A stretch of DNA of 64,000 bases from Eledone cirrhosa (GCA_964016885.1 OZ024764.1:13020001-13084000), one strand, 5' to 3'. Shown: positions 1 to 14,449, counted from the stretch's first letter. Numbers and translations are program-made. The notes: generated from the letters alone by a model not told the origin.

Positions 1-297
1 TGGTGATGTTGATGGTGTTGGTGATGGTGATGATGATTTGATGGTGATGGTGATGGTGATGGTGATGATGATTTGATGGTGATGGTGATGTTGATTTGAT
101 GGTGATGATGGTGATGATGATATGATGGTGTTGGTGATGATGATGGTAATAATGATATGATGGTATTCGTGATGGTGATGGTGGTAATTATGATGGTGTT
201 GGTGGTGGGATGATGTTAATGCTGATAATGATGATGATGATGATGATGATGATGATGGTTGTAGACAGCAAGGATAATGTTGACAATGATGATGATG

Positions 298-329
<32 letters not shown>

Positions 330-490
330 GATTAAGATGATGGTGATGGTGATGATTAAGATGATGATGAAGATGATGATGAAGATGATGATGATGATGA
401 TGACGATGGTGATGATGAACGATGATGATGATGATGATGATGATGACAACGATAATAGCAATGATTGTGAAGGTGATGACAATGGTGACA
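1..490. repeat. (GAT/GGT)n trinucleotide tract
   Basis: Direct reading; explains poly-M/D/H ORFs. Confidence 0.95.
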
Positions 491-576
491 TAAGCAGTGC
501 TGTGAAAAAGAGCCATTAATTTTCTCTCTCTGTTGATGTTTTAAAACTAAGTTTTTATCCCCGGAAACATATACTT

Positions 577-577
577 G

Positions 578-610
<33 letters not shown>

Positions 611-621
611 GTATATATATA

Positions 622-683
<62 letters not shown>

Positions 684-707
684 CATATATATATATATGT
701 ATGTATA

Positions 708-752
<45 letters not shown>

Positions 753-757
753 GTATA

Positions 758-815
<58 letters not shown>

Positions 816-846
816 CATATATATATATATGTATGTATATATATGT

Positions 847-886
<40 letters not shown>

Positions 887-906
887 GTATATATATATAT
901 ATATAT

Positions 907-999
<93 letters not shown>

Positions 1000-1064
1000 A
1001 TTATATATATATACACACATGCATATATATATGTATATATATATACACATATATATACACATAC

Positions 1065-1097
<33 letters not shown>

Positions 1098-1326
1098 CAT
1101 ATATATATATAGACACATATATATATATATATACACATACATATATATATATGTGTGTGTATGTATGTATATGCATGTATATGTGCCTATAGATGGTGTG
1201 CGTGAGTGTATATATTTATATACACACCCATGCAGTCATGTACAGAAGCGGCCAAACAGGAGCCGACAGTAAAAGAATGTGACAATAAAAAAGTGTGTAT
1301 ACCAGAGTGTATATATATATACATAA

Positions 1327-1365
<39 letters not shown>

Positions 1366-1395
1366 TATATATACATATACATATATATACATAAA

Positions 1396-1444
<49 letters not shown>

Positions 1445-1534
1445 AATATATATACATATACATATATATATATACATATATATTATACATATACATATAA
1501 TATATATATATATACATATATATTATACATATAC

Positions 1535-1588
<54 letters not shown>

Positions 1589-1719
1589 CTTTTATACATA
1601 TACATATATATATATACTTATATATATACATATCTATTATACATATACATATATATATATACTTATATATATACATATACATATATATATATACTTATAT
1701 ATATACATATCTATTATAC

Positions 1720-1770
<51 letters not shown>

Positions 1771-1950
1771 CACATACATACATTCTAAATTAGTATATTT
1801 GTATATATACAAATATACTAATTTATAAATATATATATATATATATATATACACATACACATACACACATATACATACACACACACGCACACACATATAC
1901 ACACACAACATATACACACCCATACACACACATATATATAGTTATATATA
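577..1950. repeat. Compound (TA)n/(CA)n microsatellite
   Basis: Direct reading; short unique island at about 1190-1310. Confidence 0.95.
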
Positions 1951-2271
1951 CGTACATAAAAAACATGTAGTAAATATCTTTAAAAAAAAAGTACTCTTGC
2001 AACAAATCCACTTTTCTAAGCCTGGCAGATACCTTAATTTAATTCTGACGATAATATATTTGGGTAGAATTTATCTTGTTGAATAATAAAAATATATATA
2101 TATTTATTTTATTATGGGTGGAAGATCTGTTTTTATTCGATGTTCAGTTTCTGGCTGTCGTAGTGGTAGTAGTGTGTTGGTGGGTGGTGGAAACAGCGGT
2201 GGTGGTGGTTTTGGTAGCAGTGGTGGTGGTATTCTTGTGTGTGGAACAGGTGTGCGGCATTTGTGTGTGTG

Positions 2272-2780
2272 TCATCATCATCATTATCATCATCATCATC
2301 ATCACCGTTTTACAACCGTTCTTCCACGCTAGCATGGGTTACATCGGTTGTCCCCTGCTGTAGGCTATGTTAGGTCGGGTGACCTTGTCTTGCTCATACG
2401 AGAACTGATTCTGCTTGATTTCTACAGCTGGATGCCCTTCCTAACACCAACCTCATTTACAGTGAGTGCTGGGTGCCTTTTTTCCGTGGCGCCTACACGT
2501 CACTTACAGTGTGGACTGGATGCTTTTTGTTGTGCTACACGACCATTTTGCAGTGTGGACTGGGTACCTTTTGTTGTGACACCTACACGACCACTTTTAC
2601 AGTGTGGACTGGTGCTTTTTTGTTGTGCTACATGACCATTTTGCAGTGTGGACTGGGTACCTTTTGTTGAGACACTGACATGATCACTTTACAGTGTGGA
2701 CTGGGTGCTTTTGTTGTGACACCTACATGACCACTTTACAGTGTAGACTGGGTGCTTTTAGTTGTGACACCTACATGACC
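2272..2780 (-). mobile_element. SINE family A 3' part with about 7 internal ~45-bp repeats
   Basis: Contains tttctacagctggatgcccttcctaacaccaacc (reverse of the core at ~49675-49705) and a (CAT)n tail. Confidence 0.85.
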
Positions 2781-4112
2781 TGTACTGTCCTGTACTGTCT
2801 TGTTAATATCCTGTACTGTCCTGTATTGTCCTGTATTGTCCTGTATTGTCCTGTACTGTCCTGTTCTGTCCTGTACTGTCCTGTATTGTCCTGTACTGTC
2901 CTGTATTGTCCTGTACTGTCCTGTATTGTCCTGTATTGTCCTGTACTGTCCTGTACTGTCCTGTATTGTCCTGTACTGTCCTGTACTGTCCTGTATTGTC
3001 CTGTACTGTCCTGTACTGTCCTGTATTGTCCTGTATTGCCCTGTACTGTCCTGTACCGTCCTGTACTGTCCTGTATTGTCCTGTAATGTCCTGTACTGTC
3101 CTCTACTGTCCTGTATTGTCCTGTACTGTCCTGTACTGTCCTCTACTGTCCTGTATTGTCCTGTATTGTCCTGTACTGTCCTGTACTGTCCTGTATGTCC
3201 TGTACTGTCCTGTATTGTCCTGTATTGTCCTGTACTGTCCTGTATTGTCCTGTATTGTCCTGTACTGTCCTGTACTGTCCTGTACTGTTCCTGTAATGTC
3301 CTGTATTGTCCTGTACTGTCCTGTACTGTCCTGTATTGTCCTGTACTGGTCCTGTACTGTCCTCTACTGTCCTGTATTGTCCTGTATTGTCCTGTACTGT
3401 CCTGTATTGTCCTGTATTGTCCTGTACTGTCCTGTATTGTCCTGTACTGTCCTGTACTGTCCTGTATTGTCCTGTACAGTCCTGTATTGTCCTGTACTGT
3501 TCTGTATTGTCCTGTACCGTCCTGTATTGTCCTGTACTGTCCTGTATTGTCCTGTACCGTCCTGTACTGTCCTGTATTGTCCTGTACTGTCCTGTACTGT
3601 CCTCTATTGTCCTGTATTGCCCTGTATTGTCCTGTACTGTCCTGTACTGTCCTGTATTGTCCTGTGCTGTCCTGTATTGTCCTGTACTGTCCTGTATTGT
3701 CCTGTATTGTCCTGTGCTGTCCTGTATTGTCCTGTATTGTCCTGTACTGTCCTGTATTGTCCTGTACTGTCCTGTATTGTCCTGTATTGTCCTGTACTGT
3801 CCTCTATTGTCCTGTACTGTCCTGTATTGTCCTGTACTGTCCTGTATTGTCCTGTACTGTCCTGTATTGTCCTGTACTGTCCTCTATTGTCCTGTACTGT
3901 CCTCTATTGTCCTGTACTGTCCTGTATTGTCCTGTATTGTCCTGTACTGTCCTGTATTGTCCTGTACTGTCCTCTATTGTCCTGTACTGTCCTCTATTGT
4001 CCTGTACTGTCCTGTATTGTCCTGTATTGTCCTGTACTCTCCTGTATTGCCCTGTACTGTCCTGTACTGTCCTATACTCTCCAGTACTGTCCTGTATTGT
4101 CCTGTACTGTCC
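2780..4112. repeat. Decamer satellite (CTGTAYTGTC)n, about 130 copies
   Basis: Direct reading. Confidence 0.97.
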
Positions 4113-4159
4113 TTAATGTCTTACTTTGTGTCAACCCTTGTGGTTAATAAAGAAAGCAT

Positions 4160-4300
4160 TTGGATTGGCAGTATCGGTAGAGAGTCGGACGCCATGCTTT
4201 GACGCATAGAGTTACGTCCCTTTATGATCTGAGTTCAAATTATGCACTGGGATAATTGCTGGCCTTGTGCCAAAAATAGAAACTATTATTATTATTATTA
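4160..4300 (+). mobile_element. SINE family B, internally deleted copy with (ATT)n tail
   Basis: ggcagtatcggtagag...gagttcaaat...ggccttgtgccaaaa...attattatt matches copies at 43000-43650. Confidence 0.8.
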
Positions 4301-4319
4301 CAGTTCCCATTGTTATTTG

Positions 4320-4730
4320 TTTGTTGTTGTTGTTGTTGGGTGTGTTATAGTTGTTGTTATTGTTGTACTTCTTGTCAGCAGTGTTATTGCTGCCCTTGTT
4401 GTTGTTGTGGTCAGTGTTATTGTTAGGCAGATGTTATAGTAGCTGCTGTTGTTATTGTTGTTGTTGTGCAGGTAATTTAGTACCAGTTGTTGTTAGTGTT
4501 CATTGTTGTTGTTAGTGTTGTTGTTGTTGTTACTGTTGTTGTTGTTGTTGTTAGTGTTGTTGGTGTTAGTGTTGTTGTTGTGGTCATTGTTGTTGTTGTG
4601 CAGGTAATTTAAGAGCGGATGCTGTTGTTGGCGTTATTGTTGTTGTTGTTGTTGTCAGTGTTGTTGTTGCTGTTGTTATTGCTGTTGTTGTTGTTATTGC
4701 TGCTGTTGCTGTTGTTGTTGTTGTTAGTGC
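4320..4730. repeat. (GTT)n-rich tract
   Basis: Direct reading. Confidence 0.9.
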
Positions 4731-4944
4731 GTGTGCAGTGAAGTATGAAAAGCCGGAGATTGCATCCAAAGCTATGTGCAGCCATGTGCAGCTTGTGCAA
4801 TTGTTGTTGCTGGTGCAACATGCATCTCTACAGCCCAGTCCTTTCATTGTCCTGCTGCAACCTATGACAGTTAATTGCTGCACATCCGCCCTGCAAACCG
4901 AGCACATGGGAATCAATACCTCGTTGTAAATTACTCTTAGACAA

Positions 4945-4983
4945 ACACACACACATGCATATATATATATGTGTGTGTGTGTA

Positions 4984-5080
<97 letters not shown>

Positions 5081-5107
5081 GTGTGTATATATATGTATAT
5101 ATATGTA

Positions 5108-5151
<44 letters not shown>

Positions 5152-5321
5152 TGTACATATATATACATACATAGATATACATACATATATATACATACAT
5201 ACATATACGTACATATATATGCATATATATATATATATATGCATATATATATATATATATATATATGCATATATATATATATATATATATATACATGCAT
5301 ATATATATATATACATGCATT

Positions 5322-5352
<31 letters not shown>

Positions 5353-5520
5353 TTCACACATGCAGAGACAAATACACACACACACACACACACAGGCATA
5401 TACACATGCACAAACAAACAGACATAGACACATACACATTCACACACATATACATACACACAAACACATATACACACACACCAACTCACACACGCAGACA
5501 CCGATAGTCATGCACACACA
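4945..5520. repeat. (TG)n-(TA)n-(CA)n compound microsatellite
   Basis: Direct reading. Confidence 0.92.
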
Positions 5521-5556
5521 CCCTGGTTTTTAGTTTGTTATTAAAGACGGGATTAA

Positions 5557-6560
5557 TGTGAAAATTTACAGTATTACAGTAAAGACTTTAATATTTAATG
5601 TGATGTAGTCATAGTGTTGTTTTGTACTAAATGTTTATAGTATCTTTACTAGTGGACAGATTGTTGTGAAAATTTACAGTATTACAGTAAAGACTTTAAT
5701 ATTTAATGTGATGTAGTCACAGTGTTGTTTTGTACTAAATGTTTATAGTATCTTTACTGGTGGACAGATTGTTGTGAAAATTTACAGTATTACAGTAAAG
5801 ACTTTAATATTTAATGTGATGTAGTCATAGTGTTGTTTTGTACTAAATGTTTATAGTATCTTTACTAGTGGACAGATTGTTGTGAAAATTTACAGTATTA
5901 CAGTAAAGACTTTAATATTTAATGTGATGTAGTCATAGTGTTGTTTTGTACTAAATGTTTATAGTATCTTTACTAGTGGACAGATTGTTGTGAAAATTTA
6001 CAGTATTACAGTAAAGACTTTAATATTTAATGTGATGTAGTCATAGTGTTGTTTTGTACTAAATGTTTATAGTATCTTTACTAGTGGACAGATTGTTGTG
6101 AAAATTTACAGTATTACAGTAAAGACTTTAATATTTAATGTGATGTAGTCATAGTGTTGTTTTGTACTAAATGTTTATAGTATCTTTACTGGTGGACAGA
6201 TTGTTGTGAAAATTTACAGTATTACAGTAAAGACTTTAATATTTAATGTGATGTAGTCATAGTGTTGTTTTGTACTAAATGTTTATAGTATCTTTACTGG
6301 TGGACAGACTGTTGTGAAAATTTACAGTATTACAGTAAAGACTATAATATTTAATGTGATGTAGTCATAGTGTTGTTTTGTACTAAATGTTTATAGTATC
6401 TTTACTGGTAGACAGATTGTTGTGAACATTTACAGTATTACAGTAAAGACTTTAATATTTAATGTGATGTAGTCATAGTGTTGTTTTGTACTAAATGTTT
6501 ATAGTATCTTTACTGGTGGACAGACTGTTGTGAAAATGTGTAGTATTACAGTAAAGACTT
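5557..6560. repeat. 108-bp AT-rich tandem repeat, about 9 copies
   Basis: tgtgaaaatttacag recurs at 5557, 5665, 5773... Confidence 0.95.
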
Positions 6561-6879
6561 CAGCCTTCTCCATTCTGTTCACCGGGGCTGTAGGGAGGCC
6601 AGTACGTAGGAACCCTATTTGCTCACCATACAGAGAGATGGGGAGGGCGAGAGAGATGGAGGCGATGACAGTGGGAGTTCAGCTCTTCCACATTCGGACC
6701 ATATCCTAATGGGTCTGTTCATTATCTATAGAGTCATAGCTATATTGGTTTTTTTCCTTCATCTGAATCCTGATGTTCAATAGACTCTTGCAATAACTTA
6801 ACAACAGTATGACTGGCCAGTTACAACTGGTTTGAACAGAAAGAGGTGAGAGAATTCTGGCCAGATACAGCCAGTTTAA

Positions 6880-7525
6880 CCCTTTAGCATTTACATTACT
6901 CTATATTTACTATTGTATTTTCACGTATTACCTCACATAATATTGAATCTATGAGATTTTGATATTATTTATTTTGAGAACAATACCTTAACATCAGTAT
7001 GAGTGGCAAGTTACAGTCAGTTTAACCCTTCAACATTTACATTACTCTATATATACTATTGTATTTTCACAGTAAAGGCTTTACCTCACATAATATCTCA
7101 CATAACATTTACATTACTCTATATATACTATTGTATTTTCACAGTAAAGGCTTTACCTCACACAATTATCTCACATAACATTTACATTACTCTATATATA
7201 CTATTGTATTTTCACAGTAAAGGCTTTACCTCACATAATATCTCACATAACATTTACATTACTCTATATATACTATTGTATTTTCACAGTAAAGGCTTTA
7301 CCTCACATAATATCCCACATAACATTTACATTACTCTATATATACTATTGTATTATCACAGTAAAGGCTTTACCTCACACAATTATCTCACATAATATTG
7401 AATCTATGAGGTTTTGATATTATTTATTTTGAGAACAATACCTTAACATCAGTATGAGTGGCCAGTTGCAGCCGGTTTGAAGAGAAAGAGGTGAGAGAAT
7501 TCTGGCCAGTTTAAATGCTAAAGGG
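6880..7525. mobile_element. piggyBac-type MITE with internal 72-73-bp repeat (5 copies, 7032-7395)
   Basis: TTAA|CCCTTTAGCATTTA ... TAAATGCTAAAGGG|TTAA: perfect TIRs starting CCC, with TTAA flanks at 6876-6879 and 7526-7529. Confidence 0.85.
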
Positions 7526-7667
7526 TTAATGCTTCGTCCTTTTCCAAAATATCTTGCTAATACCGCAGCATGTGGTACTGGAATAAAAACAGAAGCAAGG
7601 AGTCCCAAAATGGAAGATAATCTGCTACTTGTAGCCCTAATCTGGTAAATTTACACCAAATGAACTT

Positions 7668-8150
7668 TGTTGGTTGGGGTTGTTGTGGTGGTGGTGGTGA
7701 TGGTGGTGGTGGTGGTGGTAGTGGTGATGGTAGTGGTTGGGGTTGTTGTGTTGGTGGTGGTGGTAGTGGTAATGGTAGTAGTTGGGGTTGTTGTGTTGAT
7801 GGTGGTAGTGATGATGGTAGTGGTGATGGTAGTGGTTGGGGTTGTTGTGTTGGTGGTGATTAAGGTAGTGGTGGTGGGCGGTGGGGTGGGGTAATGGTGG
7901 TGGTGGTGGTGCTGGGGTAATGGTGGTGGTGTTGGTGCTGGTGCTGGTGGTGGTGGTGGTAGTAGTGATGCTGATGATGGTGGTGGTAATGGTAGTGCTG
8001 TGTGGTGATGATGGTGGTGGTGGTCATTGCTGTGGCATTGTAGTAGTGGCGGTGGTGGTGGTGGCTGTGGAATTGATGATTGTGGTGGTGGTAATAGTAA
8101 AGGTATTGGTGGTGGTGGTGGTGGTGGTGACAATAATGGTAGTGGTGGTG
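7668..8150. repeat. (GGT)n-rich tract
   Basis: Direct reading. Confidence 0.92.
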
Positions 8151-8709
8151 GTCACCTCGATGACAGAGCCACAATGTGCACGAAGATGCGTGAAGTGTGC
8201 GTGAAGTGTGTGTGGAGATTGGAGGAGGGGAAGGTGTGCAGAGAGAGAGGGGGAGAAGATGGGGGGGGGGGGTCTTCAGATAATGGAGAGCGGAGGGGGG
8301 TGGCGGTACAGAGTTCCTTAAAAAGGCAAACAAACCCTACATCGACTGTAGAAGAACAAACAAAATTAAATAAAAGGTAAATAACACAGATTCATTCTCA
8401 GAATAGTCTTGGAACCCCAAAATAATATTCCACCCCACCCTCCACCTCTTTGTCCCCACCCCTCACCCCGTTGTCCCCCACCCACTCCCCCATTCACTTT
8501 AAGCTTGGTATTCTTTTAAATAAAAATTTACATTAAAACAACAACAGCAACAACAGCAACAACAGCAACAAGCAGGCAAGGAAGGAAATATATGTGTTGT
8601 ACTGATTCCCAGATCACAATAAGGGGAGATAATCCATGTATAATCCCTCCTCCTGAAATAATCAGCAAATCCTTTTTTCCCTGGAAAATTAAAAATACAT
8701 CACGGCCTA

Positions 8710-8985
8710 TCATCATTGTCATCATTGCCATCATCATTACCACCATTATCATCACACTCATCATACTCATCGTTATCACCATCATCATCATCATCATCAT
8801 CGTCATCATCACCACCATCGTCATCATCATCATCATCGTCATCACCATCATCATCATTATCACCATCATCATCATCATTATCATCATTATCACCTTCATC
8901 ACCATCAATCATCATCATCGTCATCATCATCATCATCGTCATCATCACCACCATCGTCATTATCATCATCATCATTATCACCATC

Positions 8986-9017
<32 letters not shown>

Positions 9018-9093
9018 CATCATCATCACCATCATCATCATCATCGTCATCATCGTCATCATCACCATCATCGTCATCACCACCATCGTCATT

Positions 9094-9127
<34 letters not shown>

Positions 9128-9601
9128 CCATCATCATCATCATCGTCATCATCGTCATCATCACCATCATCGTCATCACCACCATCGTCATTATCATCAT
9201 CATCATCATCACCACCATCGTCATTATCATCATCATCGTCATCACCATCATCATCATTATCACCATCATCATCATCATCATCATCATCATCACCATCACC
9301 ATCATCATCACCATCATCATCACCATCACCATCATTGTTGTTGTTTTTATCATTGTCATCATCATCATCATCACTGTTGTCATCATCACCATCATCATCA
9401 CTATCACCCTTATTATCATCATCATCGTCATCACCATCATCATCATCATCACCATCATCATCGTCGTTATCATCATCATAAACATCATCATAAACATCAT
9501 CATCATCATCATCGACATCATCATCATCCCCATCACCATCACCACCATCATCATCATCATCCCCATCACCATCACCATCACCACCATCATCATCACCATC
9601 A
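8710..9601. repeat. (CAT/CAC)n tract
   Basis: Direct reading. Confidence 0.95.
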
Positions 9602-9639
9602 CCTACACTGTGTGTTAAACTTGAGCAAAAGAAAAAAAG

Positions 9640-9720
9640 TTTAGGCACAAGGCCAGCAATTTTGGGGGAAGGGAAAATCGATTAAATCGACCCCAGCGCA
9701 TTGCTGGTACTTTAACCAGT
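9640..9720 (-). mobile_element. SINE family B 3' fragment
   Basis: ttaggcacaaggccagcaatt...tcgaccccag...ctggtacttt is the reverse of 43125-43200. Confidence 0.75.
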
Positions 9721-9785
9721 AAAAGAGGTTCTGAAACCAGTAAATGGGGGTCCCAGTATCAATATGACCAAATTCCCTCTGAAGC

Positions 9786-12615
9786 TGTGCCCCAGCATGG
9801 CCACAGTCTAATGACTGGAACCAATAAAAGAAGGCAGTGCCCCAGCATGGCCACAGTCTAATAACTGGAACCAATAAAAGAAGGCAGTGCCCCAGCATGG
9901 CCACAGTCTAATGACTGGAACAAGTAAAAGGCAGTGCCCCAGCATGGCCACAGTCTCATGACTGAAACCAGTAAGGGGGGGGGGTATCAATGTCAATATG
10001 CCCCAAATCACTTCAATGCAGTGCCCAGCATGGCCACAGTCTAATGACTGAAACAAGTAAAGGGAGAGGGGTATCAATGTCAATATGCCCCAAATCACTT
10101 CCATGCAGTGCCCCAGCATGGCCACAGTCTAATGACTGAAACAAGTAAAGGGAGAGGGGTATCAATGTCAATATGCCCCAAATCACTTCCATGCAGTGCC
10201 CCAGCATGGCCACAGTCTCATGACTGAAACCAGTAAGGGGGGGGGGTATCAATGTCAATATGCCCCAAATCACTTCAATGCAGTGCCCCAGCATGGCCAC
10301 AGTCTAATGACTGAAACAAGTAAAGGGAGAGGGGTATCAATGTCAATATGCCCCAAATCACTTCCATGCAGTGCCCCAGCATGGCCACAGTCTAATGACT
10401 GAAACAAGTAAAGGGAGAGGGGTATCAATGTCAATATGCCCCAAATCACTTCCATGCAGTGCCCCAGCATGGCCACAGTCTAATGACTGAAACAAGTAAA
10501 GGGAGAGGGGTATCAATGTCAATATGCCCCAAATCACTTCCATGCAGTGCCCCAGCATGGCCACAGTCTAATGACTGAAACAAGTAAAGGGAGAGGGGTA
10601 TCAATGTCAATATGCCCCAAATCACTTCCATGCAGTGCCCCAGCATGGCCACAGTCTAATGACTGAAACAAGTAAAGGGAGAGGGGTATCAATGTCAATA
10701 TGCCCCAAATCACTTCCATGCAGTGCCCCAGCATGGCCACAGTCTAATGACTGAAACAAGTAAAGGGAGAGGGGTATCAATGTCAATATGCCCCAAATCA
10801 CTTCCATGCAGTGCCCCAGCATGGCCACAGTCTAATGACTGAAACAAGTAAAGGGAGAGGGGTATCAATGTCAATATGCCCCAAATCACTTCCATGCAGT
10901 GCCCCAGCATGGCCACAGTCTCATGACTGAAACCAGTAAGGGGGGGGGGTATCAATGTCAATATGCCCCAAATCACTTCAATGCAGTGCCCCAGCATGGC
11001 CACAGTCTAATGACTGAAACAAGTAAAGGGAGAGGGGTATCAATGTCAATATGCCCCAAATCACTTCCATGCAGTGCCCCAGCATGGCCACAGTCTAATG
11101 ACTGAAACAAGTAAAGGGAGAGGGGTATCAATGTCAATATGCCCCAAATCACTTCCATGCAGTGCCCCAGCATGGCCACAGTCTAATGACTGAAACAAGT
11201 AAAGGGAGAGGGGTATCAATGTCAATATGCCCCAAATCACTTCCATGCAGTGCCCCAGCATGGCCACAGTCTAATGACTGAAACAAGTAAAGGGAGAGGG
11301 GTATCAATGTCAATATGCCCCAAATCACTTCCATGCAGTGCCCCAGCATGGCCACAGTCTAATGACTGAAACAAGTAAAGGGAGAGGGGTATCAATGTCA
11401 ATATGCCCCAAATCACTTCCATGCAGTGCCCCAGCATGGCCACAGTCTAATGACTGAAACAAGTAAAGGGAGAGGGGTATCAATGTCAATATGCCCCAAA
11501 TCACTTCCATGCAGTGCCCCAGCATGGCCACAGTCTAATGACTGAAACAAGTAAAGGGAGAGGGGTATCAATGTCAATATGCCCCAAATCACTTCCATGC
11601 AGTGCCCCAGCATGGCCACAGTCTAATGACTGAAACAAGTAAAGGGAGAGGGGTATCAATGTCAATATGCCCCAAATCACTTCCATGCAGTGCCCCAGCA
11701 TGGCCACAGTCTAATGACTGAAACAAGTAAAGGGAGAGGGGTATCAATGTCAATATGCCCCAAATCACTTCCATGCAGTGCCCCAGCATGGCCACAGTCT
11801 AATGACTGAAACAAGTAAAGGGAGAGGGGTATCAATGTCAATATGCCCCAAATCACTTCCATGCAGTGCCCCAGCATGGCCACAGTCTAATGACCGAAAC
11901 AAGTAAAGGGAGAGGGGTATCAATGTCAATATGCCCCAAATCACTTCCATGCAGTGCCCCAGCATGGCCACAGTCTAATGACTGAAACAAGTAAAGGGAG
12001 AGGGGTATCAATGTCAATATGCCCCAAATCACTTCCATGCAGTGCCCCAGCATGGCCACAGTCTAATGACTGAAACAAGTAAAGGGAGAGGGGTATCAAT
12101 GTCAATATGCCCCAAATCACTTCCATGCAGTGCCCCAGCATGGCCACAGTCTAATGACTGAAACAAGTAAAGGGAGAGGGGTATCAATGTCAATATGCCC
12201 CAAATCACTTCCATGCAGTGCCCCAGCATGGCCACAGTCTAATGACTGAAACAAGTAAAGGGAGAGGGGTATCAATGTCAATATGCCCCAAATCACTTCC
12301 ATGCAGTGCCCCAGCATGGCCACAGTCTAATGACTGAAACAAGTAAAGGGAGAGGGGTATCAATGTCAATATGCCCCAAATCACTTCCATGCAGTGCCCC
12401 AGCATGGCCACAGTCTAATGACTGAAACAAGTAAAGGGAGAGGGGTATCAATGTCAATATGCCCCAAATCACTTCCATGCAGTGCCCCAGCATGGCCACA
12501 GTCTAATGACTGAAACAAGTAAAGGGAGAGGGGTATCAATGTCAATATGCCCCAAATCACTTCCATGCAGTGCCCCAGCATGGCCACAGTCTAATGACTG
12601 GAACCAATAAAAGAA
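9786..12615 (+). repeat. Array of three ~50-bp units then about 30 copies of an 88-bp unit, probably derived from a SINE 3' end
   Basis: gtgccccagcatggccacagtctaatgactg recurs with 50-bp then 88-bp period; ORF track repeats every 88 nt. Confidence 0.93.
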
Positions 12616-12849
12616 TTACATCACTTTAAAAGGAGGAACATTCATGAAACACCTATCTCCCCCCTCCACCACCCCTGGCTGTGGCTCCTTCTTCTTCTTC
12701 TCCTTTTCATTCTTCTTCCAGAAATATTTCATTGTCTCCACCACCCCCCCCCCCCCCAACACACACACACACCTCCACACACCACCACCACCACGATCAT
12801 TACTCCCATCACTAACCCACCAATACCCCCCCCCCCAGTATCCCAACTA

Positions 12850-13633
12850 ATAGCAACACCACCATCACCACCACCACCACCACAGCCACGACCGCCACCA
12901 CCATCACCAACATCACAACCACCACCAACCAATACCACCACCACCAACACCATCACCAACATCACAACCACTACCACCATCACCACCACCAACCAACACC
13001 ATAACCACCACCACTACCACCATCACCACCACCAACCAATACCATCACCGCCACCAACACCACCACCACCATCACCAACACCACAACCACCACCAACCAA
13101 CACCATAACCACAACCACCACCACCACCACCAACCAACACCATAACCACCACCACCAACACCATAACCACCACCACTACCACCATCACCACCACCAACCA
13201 ATACCATCACCGCCACCAACACCACAACCACCACCACTACCACCATCACCACCACCAACCAACACCATAACCACCACCACCAACACCAACACCATAACCA
13301 CCACCAACCAATACCATCAACACCATCACCACCACCACCACCACCACCACCACCACTACCACCACCACCACCACCACTACCACCACCACTACCACCAACC
13401 AATACCATCACCGCCACCAACACCAACACCATAACCACCAACCAATACCATCACCAACCAATACCACCACCATCACCACCACCAACAACCAATACCATCA
13501 ACACCACCAACACCAACACCACAACCACCACCAACCAACACCAACAACACCATAACCACCACCACCAACCAATACCATCACCACCACCAACCAATACCAC
13601 CACCATCACCACCATCACCAACAACAACAACAA
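12850..13633. repeat. (ACC)n-rich tract
   Basis: Direct reading. Confidence 0.92.
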
Positions 13634-13899
13634 TATGCAAATGCCAACATTTGCATAAATCATAATTTATTCTATCTCTTCCCAAACAGCAACAATAAAC
13701 GATAAGACTCGGATAGAGGCGTGAGGTCCAGGGGTGTGTATGGTGACTATAAGGGGCCAGTATGGAGAGGATGAGGGGGTGGGGCAGTATGGAGAGGATG
13801 GGGGTGGGGGTGTATGGGGGGCAGGGGGTCTACCTGCTGAAACATCAATGTGTTTATCTATACTATATAGTTGTAGTTTATGATAAATTATATATAATG

Positions 13900-13954
13900 T
13901 AATAATATATGTAATATATGACATTATGTGTATATATATGTATATATATGTATA

Positions 13955-13989
<35 letters not shown>

Positions 13990-14127
13990 TTATTTATTTA
14001 TTTATATATATATATTATATATTTATTTATATACATACATATTCATATGTATTAATATATATATATATATATGTGTATATATAAATATATATATATACAT
14101 ATTTATTTATATTAATTTATATATGTG

Positions 14128-14200
<73 letters not shown>

Positions 14201-14319
14201 GGAGGGAGAGAGAGAGAGACATATATAGATTAATATAAATAAATAAATATGTATATATATTAACATAAATAAATGTATATATATATATATGTATATATAT
14301 TTATATATAAATACATATG

Positions 14320-14357
<38 letters not shown>

Positions 14358-14401
14358 AATGTATATATATATGTATATTAATATAAATATATCAATATAA
14401 A

Positions 14402-14449
<48 letters not shown>

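Noticed and set aside
4455-4612. Plus-strand GCAG|GTAATT recursive-like sites (two)
   Set aside because: The upstream tract is a (GTT)n repeat, the donor is weak, and the two are a local duplicate.
9786-12615. CRISPR-like array (also 23810-26375 and 61145-62660)
   Set aside because: No unique spacers, no cas genes, eukaryotic context; units derive from SINEs.
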